Positions 37,101 through 47,029 of a stretch of 64,000 nt of DNA are shown piece after piece. Below the pieces are notes generated by a model. It worked only from the letters and a program-made list of their open reading frames with translations, did not search any database and was not told the origin of the DNA. The DNA is from a virus (lineage: Duplodnaviria > Caudoviricetes), in IMG/VR virus record IMGVR_UViG_3300031555_010858, positions 64,001-128,000 of that record; one strand, given 5' to 3'. Each line of letters opens with the position of its first letter. Position 1 is the stretch's first letter. A program made the position numbers and the translations under genes.

Positions 37101-37797
37101 GAGTAATAGAATAATACCTAAAGATTATGTTGATTATGATGAAGATTACATGTTATCTATCGGATTACACCATGAAGAATCGTTAGAATTAGATTATAAA
37201 GATACTGTACATGGATCTAAAGAAATAGTTGATAATGATGAATTAGTAATAAAAGAACTAGATCATTATAAAGGAGTTATATATCATAAATTCAATCCAG
37301 AAATGTTTGATAAAATCGAACAAATAAGAATAGGACTGAATAAAGAAGATAATTTTGATTTCCTATACAATGATCATATGACGTTTATAGATATATTATA
37401 TATTTTAGATAAAATGAAATTAAAAGATTTAAGAATGATATTTGATTGCATATATAACAATGAAATATACAAAACAGAAGACAAACTTCAATCATTTATG
37501 ATAGCCTTAGAAGAGTATGATAAACTAGATTTAGAATATAATGATAACATACAAATTATTAACAAACATAAAAATGATGACAATTTTGTTCCTATAATTA
37601 AGTATTTAGTATTCCCTAAATATAATCAAAATGAAGTCTATAAATTAAAACATGAGTATTCATATGATTCTTTACTTGAAAAAGAAGATGAACTTGATTG
37701 GGAGTATAATGACGTAGTTCGCTTATTGGATGCTAAATGTAGTAGTAATGGGGCAATAACAATAATAGATAGTGTAAAAATTATCCATGAAGATTAA
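34180..37797 (+). CDS. Large virion structural protein (baseplate-wedge-like) with an internal repeat insert
   Basis: 1205 aa; motifs EGNNYYRELIGLP, L.LKSTDKV, FFKSYTV; late promoter. The structural role is inferred. Confidence 0.55.
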   Translation: MNDKSQVEYMLDDIQTIINNLVIKLSHKAEEYETVDTKRDADRYIAAYLERDTFNSYREYPIDVLVSAGITQASEFMIYAADKNKIPRNKRKAVLKSMRETVINEYVEGNNYYRELIGLPPIEEGESDYLYLTDDERYYYKIDEDRPIHEYPKEIQIKLERSVIKRMIEEYPEKEYLKHLGSKTVNLVRARQAKNYEIIFSDVILDNVFLRAFFETYDFCREYFMSMVYNKAFKVRYNLYDNFIGMHIMIMTIQRLIVDTLKMGIERDYYDLVSVQKLFNVYGIPFYDDLPLDYQRMIVKNVNRLLRLKSTDKVLYDVANTLFYERVHINKFYLVRERKYDEEGEPITAYKYMAVDDDHVKTYFKDINNNKVYYLSVNDKQRLCSIESTIYTSTIDEYYLKDRVGNKYKIFIKDGVLHSEKIEDKKERLYRDDFLIYDRQNQIFRISIDINGHVNTSVYPLPDEIDYSKVNRKRIILKSSNKRNYLLCIKGDKLASVEAIDHTVYAPKNLYIKDDDTDDTYRIFMKDDRLCAELATEAANYLYDTIYLFNEDGRRFKLHIDKNKLKTDPYAFNIIEVYDYEKMFDVYFQSTDILERNVISALETKYNRYHYDEVVTDDVYWWETEELKKELYERDYNFIDTKYIGINIMQNVTKMLYETTYFLNLLVDHKDNTTALDERILNKDAMKIGTDYLYLNLDRFSSVPVSIFDSVIILCALLSKKNGMKGNIIANNPSKILAVQGFNFDLNFDLIRENILKYKRIFKNPEIVKYLDLLDIRTVEDIDTLYTNFRNFAEFCEDVLANTTDINEYRAYRELYNVFTVRNETCEAFRKYDGTVATTYLDYLYDKLPNIASFIDELHKDKTGIYIEHVLGKLNELIPKLEYITSLNGTNNNIVNALIGLINFFKSYTVDLRNLNVLYIFDNKATNKIFMIDDPKLFNILFPETPALLYSDTLTYSTYTDKYDNLIIVDKTRMSNRIIPKDYVDYDEDYMLSIGLHHEESLELDYKDTVHGSKEIVDNDELVIKELDHYKGVIYHKFNPEMFDKIEQIRIGLNKEDNFDFLYNDHMTFIDILYILDKMKLKDLRMIFDCIYNNEIYKTEDKLQSFMIALEEYDKLDLEYNDNIQIINKHKNDDNFVPIIKYLVFPKYNQNEVYKLKHEYSYDSLLEKEDELDWEYNDVVRLLDAKCSSNGAITIIDSVKIIHED

Positions 37798-37861
37798 TAC
37801 ACACTGAAACATTAATATAAGATTGATTTTTAGTGAATTTAGTAGAAAGGATGGTAATGAA

Positions 37862-38731
37862 ATGAGTAAAGACGTTATAAATTTAAATGATAAAATAAAT
37901 TCAAATGATTCTATAGCTGGTTCTCCTGCTAAGAAAATAGAGCCTTTACGAGTTGAAAGTACACAAGGTAAGGTGTTAAGAACAAAAATAACTGGATTAG
38001 ATACTCTAACAGGTGAAAAATTATTTGAAGAAGAAAACCAAATAGTATTAGGTGGAGCTTTATTCATATTAGAAAAAGTGTTTAATGCTAAAGCACCTAT
38101 AGAGGTTCAATATTTAAATGATATAATGGGTATTTGTGTTAATGCACCAATTGAAGAAAGATATCCAAAAGAAACAGCAGTTTGCTTATTCGGTGTAGGA
38201 ACTGGTGGTTGCGGTGATGCATCAAGAGCTGTTGAAGATGTTAAATATTATGAAAGAGAAATATTTAACATGATACCATTTAGAATAACTGATGAAGAAT
38301 TTACAGGTTCTAATAAAGAGAGATATTGGTTTAAACGTCATGAAGTAGATGGAAAAATATCTTATTTCTTAAAATCTTTTGAACATGAACCAGAAATAAA
38401 AGTTCTTTGGAAAGACGGAGAAGAAGGAGAAGATGGTTCAGAAGTTGCTACTGGTGTTCATAATACAGATAGAACTGAGCCGATAGAAACGTTCGTTGAA
38501 ATGATATTAAAAGTAAATAAAAAAGATTGTAGAGAATTCTTTGAAATAAATGGGGATATAGAAGCCGCAAGAATAAATTCAATAGGGTTATTTACAGGAA
38601 TATTATCAACTAATGAATATGGAGAAGCTGATTATAAACAAGTAAAATTATTCTCTAAATTAAATATACCAAATGAAATGTTAGTTTTATCAAAAGATAT
38701 AACTATAGTATATAGAATTTATACATCTTAG
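37862..38731 (+). CDS. Putative virion/baseplate protein
   Basis: ENQIVLGGA, CLFGVGTGG, INSIGLFTG, LFSKLNIPNE, IVYRIY C-terminus; promoter at 37808-37819. Confidence 0.5.
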   Translation: MSKDVINLNDKINSNDSIAGSPAKKIEPLRVESTQGKVLRTKITGLDTLTGEKLFEEENQIVLGGALFILEKVFNAKAPIEVQYLNDIMGICVNAPIEERYPKETAVCLFGVGTGGCGDASRAVEDVKYYEREIFNMIPFRITDEEFTGSNKERYWFKRHEVDGKISYFLKSFEHEPEIKVLWKDGEEGEDGSEVATGVHNTDRTEPIETFVEMILKVNKKDCREFFEINGDIEAARINSIGLFTGILSTNEYGEADYKQVKLFSKLNIPNEMLVLSKDITIVYRIYTS

Positions 38732-38791
38732 AATATATTAAGGGATATCGTATGATATCCCTACTTATTTTTTATGAAAGGATATGATAGT

Positions 38792-40003
38792 ATGGCTAGA
38801 ATTAGTGAAGAAGATAAACAATATTTATTATCATTAAAACCTGAGGATATTACATATACACTAGGTATGCAATTATTTGCAGATCATGTTGAGAATAGAG
38901 ATGGAAAATTAGTTGAAGTTAAATCTAGATTTGAACCTACTGATGTATTCTTACTTAAAGCTGGAGAATATATGAATAAAACCGATATGGGTACTACTGT
39001 AGGATCGTTTATATTTAATAAGTTTATTATAGAACCAAGATTTGCTGAGCATATAGGGTATGTAAATAATGTAATAGATGCTGATGGATTAAAAGATTTA
39101 GAAAGTCAATTAGCACAATTATTATTAGAAGATAAAATAAACACTACTGATTTTGCTGATTATTTTGATAGAATACAATGGCTAGGAATGCAATTCCATG
39201 AACCATTAGCTGCATCATTTACTATGAGAGGATTAAAACCAGTACCTAAAGTTATTAAACGTAGAGAAGAATTAATAAAAGAAAATGCTGAAGCTTTAGA
39301 AAAAGGTGATATAATGGTAATGTCAGCTATAGAAAAAGAATTAGTTGAATTAGCTAAAGCTGAAGTAAGTGATGACCCATCTATGGACTTATATTATTCT
39401 GGTGCAAGGGGTTCTATACCAAATAACTATAAACAGCTGAGTATAGTTAAAGGACCAGTTTATAATAAAACTATAGGTAAATATCAATTCATTCAAAGAA
39501 GTTTCTTTGAGGGATTACGTAAAGAAGATATAGCTGCAGCAGGTACAAACGTTATAAATGCACAATATCCTAAATCATGTGGTACAGCAGTATCAGGATA
39601 TAAGGCTAAACAAATATCAAGTTTAGGTCAAGCAGTTGTGTTAAGAAAAGATGTACCTGATTGTGGTACTAAAGGATATATAGAATTAGTTATACCACCA
39701 TCATTAAAATCAAAATTTTTATATAGATATATAATTGAGAATGGTAAACTAGTTTTATTAGATGAAAATAATATAGGTAAATATGCTGGTAAGAAAGTTA
39801 AGCTTAGATCAATAATGTATTGTGGATGTGACTCAGGAGCTTGTTTAACATGTGTAGGAAGACTATTTGAAAAACTTCAAATAGATGCAATAGGATTAAC
39901 TACGTCTACATTAACTGGAGCATTACTTAACCTTAAAATGAAAGCAATGCATGACACATCAGTAAAAGTTAATGAAATAGATTTAGATGATATGACATTC
40001 TAA
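38792..40003 (+). CDS. Second RNA polymerase beta'-like C-terminal piece, probably virion RNAP
   Basis: SGARGS, SFFEGL, TAVSGY.AK, DCGT, KLRS.MYC...CLTCVG, MKAMHD (trigger loop); located among late genes. Confidence 0.85.
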   Translation: MARISEEDKQYLLSLKPEDITYTLGMQLFADHVENRDGKLVEVKSRFEPTDVFLLKAGEYMNKTDMGTTVGSFIFNKFIIEPRFAEHIGYVNNVIDADGLKDLESQLAQLLLEDKINTTDFADYFDRIQWLGMQFHEPLAASFTMRGLKPVPKVIKRREELIKENAEALEKGDIMVMSAIEKELVELAKAEVSDDPSMDLYYSGARGSIPNNYKQLSIVKGPVYNKTIGKYQFIQRSFFEGLRKEDIAAAGTNVINAQYPKSCGTAVSGYKAKQISSLGQAVVLRKDVPDCGTKGYIELVIPPSLKSKFLYRYIIENGKLVLLDENNIGKYAGKKVKLRSIMYCGCDSGACLTCVGRLFEKLQIDAIGLTTSTLTGALLNLKMKAMHDTSVKVNEIDLDDMTF

Positions 40004-40008
40004 AATTT

Positions 40009-40049
40009 AATAATACTGAATACAATTAGGTATTCAGTATTATTTTTTT
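40009..40049 (+). terminator. Intrinsic terminator
   Basis: AATAATACTGAATAC/GTATTCAGTATTATT plus T-run. Confidence 0.8.
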
Positions 40050-40055
40050 CAATAC

Positions 40056-40094
40056 TGTAAAAAGATTAAATTTCGATTATATATTATAAAAGTG
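40056..40094 (+). promoter_or_regulatory. Putative early promoter
   Basis: TGTAA-AAAGATTAAA-TTTCGATTATATATTAT-AAAAGTG. Confidence 0.75.
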
Positions 40095-40126
40095 TAATAC
40101 AAAAATATTATTTAGGGGTTGATATT

Positions 40127-40474
40127 ATGATATTAAATAATAAAATATTAAAAGCAATGGAAACTAATAAAGCAACTAATATTGAAAGATTTGATAAAAT
40201 GGCATTAGAAATGTTACACGATTCAGTTAGAACTGAAGAATTAACTTTATTAGAATTTACAACATTAGCAGATATTTATAAAGTTCCTTATACGTTTATA
40301 GTTGATACAGGTGTATATTTATACGTGTATTATGATAATAGTTCAATAATATGGAATGATTTAAGTGAACTTTATCATAAATTAACATTTAGAAAATTAT
40401 CTACAGCTAGATTAACATTTACAGAATTACAAGCAAAATTTAATGAGATAGGTGCTACAATAAAAGTAGAATAA
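40127..40474 (+). CDS. Hypothetical early protein
   Basis: 115-aa ORF after the early promoter. Confidence 0.7.
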   Translation: MILNNKILKAMETNKATNIERFDKMALEMLHDSVRTEELTLLEFTTLADIYKVPYTFIVDTGVYLYVYYDNSSIIWNDLSELYHKLTFRKLSTARLTFTELQAKFNEIGATIKVE

Positions 40475-40528
40475 AAATTAATTTATAAACTAACAAATAA
40501 TATAGAATATAAAAATAGGAGGTTATTT

Positions 40529-40741
40529 ATGAATAATATAAATGTTAGAAATTTCTATGAAAATGGAGAATTTACAATAGATGTACAATATAAAGCAATT
40601 CCAGGATGTACAGTTATGTGTATAGAAAATGGAGTATGGTATAAATTTAAAGTTGATTCAGTTGAAGAATTGGGCAATGAAAAATATAGAGTAACAACAT
40701 CAAGTTTGATTGGAATAGATGATAAATTAATAATCAACTAA
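40529..40741 (+). CDS. Hypothetical protein
   Basis: 70 aa, RBS AGGAGG. Confidence 0.7.
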   Translation: MNNINVRNFYENGEFTIDVQYKAIPGCTVMCIENGVWYKFKVDSVEELGNEKYRVTTSSLIGIDDKLIIN

Positions 40742-40879
40742 AGTGTAAAACGTAATATTTGATCACTATATTATTACTATGTAATAATATAGTTGTAGAG
40801 TTTGAGTTTGAAGAATTTTTGCCATTATTATGTTCCTATGAATATAATAATGGCATTTAATTTAAAGGAGGAATGAATT

Positions 40880-41194
40880 ATGAAAAAGAATCAATTATTT
40901 GTAATATTTGGTGGTAAGGTAGAAGAAGATGACAATTATAATGTAACTTATCTAGAATATTTTAGAGAACCAAGATATTATAAGAACAAAGAAAAGGCAG
41001 AAGATTATGTTGAGTTATTGATAGACGATTATATGAAAATGAAATCATATAGTCAAAATTATGAAATAATAGAAGCGTATAAAGATGAAAATACAGGATT
41101 AGAAAAATATATAACAGATATAAGAGACAAGAATGATTATACAGTATTTAGAATAGAAATGATAGTGTTAGATTTAAATAAAGTTATAATGTAA
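40880..41194 (+). CDS. Hypothetical protein
   Basis: 104 aa, RBS AAGGAGG. Confidence 0.7.
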   Translation: MKKNQLFVIFGGKVEEDDNYNVTYLEYFREPRYYKNKEKAEDYVELLIDDYMKMKSYSQNYEIIEAYKDENTGLEKYITDIRDKNDYTVFRIEMIVLDLNKVIM

Positions 41195-41212
41195 ATAAAA
41201 AAATAGGAGGTA

Positions 41213-42673
41213 ATGTGTATGATAATAGAAAGAAATAATGGAATTGAAAAGAATGGATTTATGTTACAAATTGCTGATATAGATAAAGAAGCAGAATTAG
41301 ATTTAAAAGCAGGAAAAGCATTCGTTGTATATGAACCGATAAAAGATAAAAAGACAACAGATGGTAGTTATAATAAAGGAGGAATCCGTTCGGATTTCTT
41401 CTATAGTGAAATGTCAAGTGAAAATGCATTCAAAGAAAGATATAGTTGTGAATGTGGCTATCTTGAAGGTAAATCACATGAATCATCTATATGTCCTTAT
41501 TGTAGAACAAATGTTAGATTGGTTGATATAGATTTAGAAAAGTTTGCTTATATTAAAATTAAAGATTATCATATAATTCATCCAGCATTATATTTATATC
41601 TTAATAATATAATGGGTGAAAAGAATAAGCAATCTATATTAGAGAATATTATACAACCACCTAAGTTTATAGATACGGATGCATTCGGTAATCCATTATT
41701 GGATGATGAAGTTGAAATTGATAAAGATCAACCATTTAAGAATATAGGTATGTTAGAATTCCAAAGAAGATTTGATGAAATATTAGATTATTATGCTGAA
41801 AAGAATAAGAGAAATTCAAATATGGAAGGAAATGTTGCATTTGTAAAAGCAAACAAAGATAAATTATTCTTCCAATATATTCCAGTGTTTAGTTCAGCAT
41901 TAAGATTTGCAATGGTACAAAATGAAATTAACTTTGTAAATGGAACTGATAAAATATATAATATGATATTCAGTTCTGTATCTAGAATGAATAATTCAAA
42001 TGATACATTATCAGTAGATAAGAAATTACCTTATATACAAAAGAAAGTAAATGAATTATATGAAAAGATGTTTAGTTTAATCAATAAGAAAGATGGGTTT
42101 ATAAAATCAGGTGTATTAGCAGGAAGAATGAACTATACATCAAGAAACGTTATAATATCAAATCCAAACTTAGCAGCAGATGAAATTATATTATCTTATA
42201 TATCATTCTTAGAAATGTATAAGTTTGAGATAATACAAAAATTAGCAACAACACAAAACATTACAGAAAGTCAAGCATACAGTGAATGGTATATGGGTTG
42301 TATCAACTTTAGTGAAAAGATATACAAAATTATAAAATTAATGATATCACAAGATTTAACATATTGCTTAATCAACCGTGCACCAACTATAGATTGGGGT
42401 AGTATATTACAGGTTAAGATAGTTGATGTTACAAAGAAAGTTGATGATTATACAATGGGTATTTCATTAATGATATTAGCAGGTCTTAACGCAGATTTTG
42501 ATGGCGACAACTTAACAATAACTAAGCTATCTGCTAAAGATCAAATTAAAGCTACAAGAAAATATAATCCTAAATTACATTCAATGATATCTCATAATGA
42601 CGGATTATTAAGTGGTAATATGATGCCTATAAAAGATTTAGCTATAGGTTTAAGTCATTTCTGTAGAGTATAA
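41213..42673 (+). CDS. RNA polymerase beta'-like N-terminal piece with the catalytic site, probably non-virion RNAP; likely start 41219
   Basis: Zn finger CECG...CPYC, KKDGFIK..VLAGRMNYTSRNVI, INRAPTI, catalytic NADFDGD. Confidence 0.92.
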   Translation: MCMIIERNNGIEKNGFMLQIADIDKEAELDLKAGKAFVVYEPIKDKKTTDGSYNKGGIRSDFFYSEMSSENAFKERYSCECGYLEGKSHESSICPYCRTNVRLVDIDLEKFAYIKIKDYHIIHPALYLYLNNIMGEKNKQSILENIIQPPKFIDTDAFGNPLLDDEVEIDKDQPFKNIGMLEFQRRFDEILDYYAEKNKRNSNMEGNVAFVKANKDKLFFQYIPVFSSALRFAMVQNEINFVNGTDKIYNMIFSSVSRMNNSNDTLSVDKKLPYIQKKVNELYEKMFSLINKKDGFIKSGVLAGRMNYTSRNVIISNPNLAADEIILSYISFLEMYKFEIIQKLATTQNITESQAYSEWYMGCINFSEKIYKIIKLMISQDLTYCLINRAPTIDWGSILQVKIVDVTKKVDDYTMGISLMILAGLNADFDGDNLTITKLSAKDQIKATRKYNPKLHSMISHNDGLLSGNMMPIKDLAIGLSHFCRV

Positions 42674-42752
42674 AAAAATAAAGAGGGAAACCTCTTTATT
42701 TTTTATTACTGATACAAATTATTAATATATTTTTTTATTGGAGGTTGGTAAT

Positions 42753-43112
42753 ATGATTTCTAGTTTAGTTATGAAAGACAAAAATTTAAACATAGAATTT
42801 ATTAAAGTAGAAGTAGATTTATCAACGGGGAAAATGAGAATGTTTATATCTGAGTATGAAATAAATGGACCAGAAAAAGAACATGTTTTAAATAAACATA
42901 GGGTTTATCTTCCATGTAAAATAAACTTAGATCCATCAGCATCATTAGTAGCTACTTTATGTGTACCGATATTTTGGGATGATGAAGCTATTGAAAATTA
43001 CGTTCAAGCAATGATGGACGAATTATTCTTATATAATAATCATATACCAGGTTGTAAACTTTCTATTACCGATATAGAAAAAACTTTTATGTTAGAAATG
43101 ATATTATTATAA
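42753..43112 (+). CDS. Hypothetical protein
   Basis: Start moved to 42753 (RBS GGAGG); promoter TACA-N6-TA at 42713. Confidence 0.7.
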   Translation: MISSLVMKDKNLNIEFIKVEVDLSTGKMRMFISEYEINGPEKEHVLNKHRVYLPCKINLDPSASLVATLCVPIFWDDEAIENYVQAMMDELFLYNNHIPGCKLSITDIEKTFMLEMILL

Positions 43113-43125
43113 AGGGGGTATAATA

Positions 43126-43740
43126 ATGTTCGAAAGTTTCAATAAAGAAATCATTAATAAAAAACTTAGTATTGAATGGTTCTATGATATAGATTCAAAT
43201 CAATATAGGGTAGTGTCTAAAGTGTATAATAGAGAAATTTATAATAAGATATTGGATAAAAAACATTATGAAATTTATCACAATTATATTAATGAAAGAA
43301 TAAAATATTTAATTAATGAAGGTATATTAAATAAAGAATATGACATGATTTTATTAGATAATACTATGTATAGAGTAATTGATGGTACATCACATTTTAT
43401 GACACTTTTACGAGCATTGATACCTGCAGGTGAGTGTGAGTACTGGGTCTTACAGGATTATTTATTCGATTTAGTATTAGATTCAACATTACGAACAGGT
43501 GAAGTTTTTGATAAACATGATTTAGTATATCATAATGGAGTATTCTATAATCAAGGTATGCAATTATGTAGTGTATACGATTTTGCTTTAGAAGGTATTG
43601 AATTTGAACCTTATGATTTATTAAATGGGATAAATGAAGAGCAATTAGATTTTATATTTATGAAAATATTTGAAATCCTAGATTGCAATTATATAACACA
43701 TTATGTAACAGACAAAGTTAGAGTTAAAATAGATAGATGA
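43126..43740 (+). CDS. Hypothetical protein
   Basis: 204-aa ORF, RBS AAGGGG. Confidence 0.7.
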   Translation: MFESFNKEIINKKLSIEWFYDIDSNQYRVVSKVYNREIYNKILDKKHYEIYHNYINERIKYLINEGILNKEYDMILLDNTMYRVIDGTSHFMTLLRALIPAGECEYWVLQDYLFDLVLDSTLRTGEVFDKHDLVYHNGVFYNQGMQLCSVYDFALEGIEFEPYDLLNGINEEQLDFIFMKIFEILDCNYITHYVTDKVRVKIDR

Positions 43741-43808
43741 TCATTCATCTATCTATTTTTTCTTATCGAAACAATGAGATAATGAATAAACAAGAAGGAG
43801 GTTAACAA

Positions 43809-45080
43809 ATGAGATATTCAATGGCAGCAGCTAGTATGGCACACACTTATGGAAACATAGCAACATTTGCTAATTCATGGTTATTAAGTCTATTTCCACC
43901 AAATTATTTTAAAACTAACTACATAAATTCTACTATCGCTTATAAAGATTTTGCAACTTATAATAACAATAGAAAAGAATTTATTAAAAAACAAAAACCA
44001 ATGATATTATTAAGACCGAGAATAGAAATAGATACTTTAGATGAACTTCCTATAAATCAAACATACTTAGCTCAAAGAATTTATGATATAAATAATGATG
44101 ATATAGAAACTGGTAACTTACAAAATTTCTTTTTTGATAGAGATAATAAAAGACAAATCCAATTTCTTTTAAATGCTTTACGAATAAATTTTGATGTTAC
44201 TATTGCTGTAGAAACACAAATGGAACAAATAAATTTAGTACATTATTTCAAAAATAGAGTTAGACAGAACTGGGAAATGACTACAGTTGTAGGATTAGAA
44301 AGTTTTATATCCAGGGATATAATGTATTTATTAGCAAAAGATGCTGGATTTGAAGATGTGTTTACTACAAGTGAAGAAAATAGAATAGGTGAATTTTTAT
44401 CATATGTAAATAATAATAGTATGTACCCAGTTACTATCAAATATAAAAATGCTTCAGGTAGACATGAATTTTTTAGATACCATCATTCACATGTTAATAT
44501 GGCTATTACAAATTTATCTATAGACGATCCTACTAAAAAAGGATTTGTTTCCGATGAATGTTTAATAAACTTTACACTAAGATGTGATTTCAATACTGCA
44601 GGTTTATATGTTTACCTATCTAATAATGATACCGTATTCGAAGAATTTGAACGAGAAGGTATAAGTGAAGGGGCGTTAGAACAAACTAAACTGATAAATG
44701 TAACAACTCCTCAAAAGATTTATAGTAGAACACTGCCTAATGGTTGGCAAATATTCACTACTCCTGCATTCGATATAGATACAAATGAACGACCATATCC
44801 ATTAGATTTTTCAGTATTATTAAACACAAGTCTAATGGAAGCTATAAAGTATCATAATAAACATGGTATCCCATTAACAACATTCATGGATATTGAAGTA
44901 TTGAAGAATAATCGAACAATGGAAATTGAAAGAAAAGAATATGAAATAGATTGGGATAATTTAACTTTATTAGTTTATAACTGTAATAAAAATCAAGAAT
45001 ATAGATTTATATTATCTGTAAATACAGTTTATCTTAACGATTTACTTGCCGATATAGTTAACTTTAGAGATGAGAAATGA
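43809..45080 (+). CDS. Putative virion structural protein
   Basis: 423 aa, late promoter at 43770-43781, RBS AAGGAGG; function inferred from context only. Confidence 0.5.
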   Translation: MRYSMAAASMAHTYGNIATFANSWLLSLFPPNYFKTNYINSTIAYKDFATYNNNRKEFIKKQKPMILLRPRIEIDTLDELPINQTYLAQRIYDINNDDIETGNLQNFFFDRDNKRQIQFLLNALRINFDVTIAVETQMEQINLVHYFKNRVRQNWEMTTVVGLESFISRDIMYLLAKDAGFEDVFTTSEENRIGEFLSYVNNNSMYPVTIKYKNASGRHEFFRYHHSHVNMAITNLSIDDPTKKGFVSDECLINFTLRCDFNTAGLYVYLSNNDTVFEEFEREGISEGALEQTKLINVTTPQKIYSRTLPNGWQIFTTPAFDIDTNERPYPLDFSVLLNTSLMEAIKYHNKHGIPLTTFMDIEVLKNNRTMEIERKEYEIDWDNLTLLVYNCNKNQEYRFILSVNTVYLNDLLADIVNFRDEK

Positions 45081-45137
45081 TACCGAAACAATCACTTAAT
45101 AGATGAAGAAACTAAATTATAAAGGAGGTGTTTTCTT

Positions 45138-45929
45138 TTGAGTATAAGATATATACAAACAAACTATGGGAAATTGGATTGTTATAATGTATTAAGATTC
45201 CTTTTAGATTTAACTGTAGTTAATTTAGAAGACGTTTTGCCTTACGAAGAGGGTAAATCGTATGTAAAAGGAGATTTTATATATTTAAAAGAAAATGGTA
45301 TTCATAAAATATATCGTTGTAAGGTGGATAAGTCATCTGTTCCATTTAATCCTGATGAATGGGAACATGCAATGGATACGTATGATGCTGAAATAAAAAA
45401 TGTTTGTAACTTTGAAATAAAAGAAGAAATAATTATCGTTGATAAAGATAATATCGATAATCTAATAATACCAGGGTATAAACCAGGTTCGTCTGTAACT
45501 ATATATAATGGAAATGAAGTATATATAGAAGGTAAAGACTTTATTGTAGATGAAAACGGTAAAATAATATTTTTCCCACATGTTAAAATTGAAATTGGGG
45601 ACAGACTTATTATAGAAATAAAAGAATCTAAAGGATTACCAGATAGATTAATCTTATTAAGCAGTAACATGTTAAATTACGAAATAGGTGTAATTGGAGA
45701 AGATATGTTTGTTATTGAAACAGATCTTAAACATTCTAAACCAGAAGTATTCATTAAAGATAGTGTTACTGGAGAAAATTATAGATTATTCATGTTAGAT
45801 GATGATTTATATTACGAATTAACAAGTATTTATACTGTACAAACAGAAATAAAAGTTCTTGATGAAGAAGATAATGAATATGTTATAGAAATGGTAGATG
45901 GGGAATTAATGTTCTCAATTAAAGAATAG
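45138..45929 (+). CDS. Putative virion protein with a CBM5/12-like motif and C-terminal beta repeats
   Basis: YEEGKSYVKGD....IYRC...FNPDEW; promoter at 45087-45098. Confidence 0.55.
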   Translation: MSIRYIQTNYGKLDCYNVLRFLLDLTVVNLEDVLPYEEGKSYVKGDFIYLKENGIHKIYRCKVDKSSVPFNPDEWEHAMDTYDAEIKNVCNFEIKEEIIIVDKDNIDNLIIPGYKPGSSVTIYNGNEVYIEGKDFIVDENGKIIFFPHVKIEIGDRLIIEIKESKGLPDRLILLSSNMLNYEIGVIGEDMFVIETDLKHSKPEVFIKDSVTGENYRLFMLDDDLYYELTSIYTVQTEIKVLDEEDNEYVIEMVDGELMFSIKE

Positions 45930-45943
45930 AAAGGGTGATAATT

Positions 45944-46471
45944 TTGAGTATCAATTATTTTAAAGAGAATCTTAAAAAGTTTGATCATGATAACTTAATA
46001 GCTTTTTTATTTGATATAGTTCTACGTGTAAATATTGATGAAGTAGAAGATTATGATGATACTAAAGTATATCATTTAAATCAAAAGGTTTATTATAAAG
46101 ATATTAAAGACAAACATCATATTTACAAATGTATGGTAGAAGATTCTACTGCTGGAGAATTTAAACCAGATGAATGGATAGATTTAATTCAAAGTTTTAG
46201 AAAACCTATAGTATCTGATGAAACTGTAGTTGCGAGTTTAGACGTAAGACAAGAAGTATTAGAATCTACTGTAGCAAATCAAAGAGAATTTGAATTAAAA
46301 ACATATGGCGTTGGAGAGGGAGCTTATAATATAATTATATTCCATTCAGAATTAGGAAGATTGGCTCAAACAGATTATAGTATTTCTGGACAACATGTAG
46401 TTTTAAAACCAGAATTTGCTGTAAAAAATATAGGAGGAAGACTTGTAGTTGATTTATATGGTAAAATGTAA
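45944..46471 (+). CDS. Paralog of the preceding gene's N-terminal region
   Basis: MSINYF vs MSIRYI, FLFDI vs FLLDL, YDDTKVYHLNQ...IYKC...FKPDEW; TTG start inferred. Confidence 0.55.
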   Translation: MSINYFKENLKKFDHDNLIAFLFDIVLRVNIDEVEDYDDTKVYHLNQKVYYKDIKDKHHIYKCMVEDSTAGEFKPDEWIDLIQSFRKPIVSDETVVASLDVRQEVLESTVANQREFELKTYGVGEGAYNIIIFHSELGRLAQTDYSISGQHVVLKPEFAVKNIGGRLVVDLYGKM

Positions 46472-46561
46472 TTTTAGTTAGTAGGATTTATTCCTACTAA
46501 CTTTTTATTTCACTAATAACAAATAAGTAGATAAAAAAATAATAAATAAGGAGATTGATAA

Positions 46562-46720
46562 ATGTTATTTACACTGATTAAAATTTTATGTATAATAGCA
46601 GGATTATGTTTAAGTACAGAATTTACGTATAAAGGGTTAAAGAAACATGACATAAACTTATTTTATGAAGGTGTTGTAATATTATTAGTTACAGGTTTAT
46701 TATCATTAATTATATTTTAA
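46562..46720 (+). CDS. Small two-helix membrane protein (52 aa, not in ORF track)
   Basis: RBS AAGGAG; MLFTLIKILCIIAGLCLS...VVILLVTGLLSLIIF; promoter at 46518-46529. Confidence 0.65.
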   Translation: MLFTLIKILCIIAGLCLSTEFTYKGLKKHDINLFYEGVVILLVTGLLSLIIF

Positions 46721-46734
46721 GGGAGGATGCTAAA

Positions 46735-47028
46735 ATGAAAATGACATTGGAGAGATACGTACAATTATTAAATACCAAAATGAATTTAAAAACAGAAGCT
46801 GAAAAATTAGGATTTAAAAAAATTAATGATGTTTTATATACTAGAGAAAAAGATGGTGCTTATATAAAATTTGATGATGAAGAAATTGATGTTTGGATTG
46901 AAAATGTGCCAAGAAAAAGAGTTTCACAATATTATAATATGATACGAACTGAAATCGATAAAGGATTTTATACAGAAAAAACATATTTACAATATACGTT
47001 AGATAATATAAAACATGGGAAGTGGTAA
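46735..47028 (+). CDS. Hypothetical protein
   Basis: 97 aa, RBS GGGAGG. Confidence 0.7.
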   Translation: MKMTLERYVQLLNTKMNLKTEAEKLGFKKINDVLYTREKDGAYIKFDDEEIDVWIENVPRKRVSQYYNMIRTEIDKGFYTEKTYLQYTLDNIKHGKW

Positions 47029-47029
47029 A

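Noticed and set aside
41213-42673. Group I introns or inteins in the RNAP genes, as occur in AR9
   Set aside because: The RNAP reading frames in this window are continuous and I saw no intein terminal motifs.
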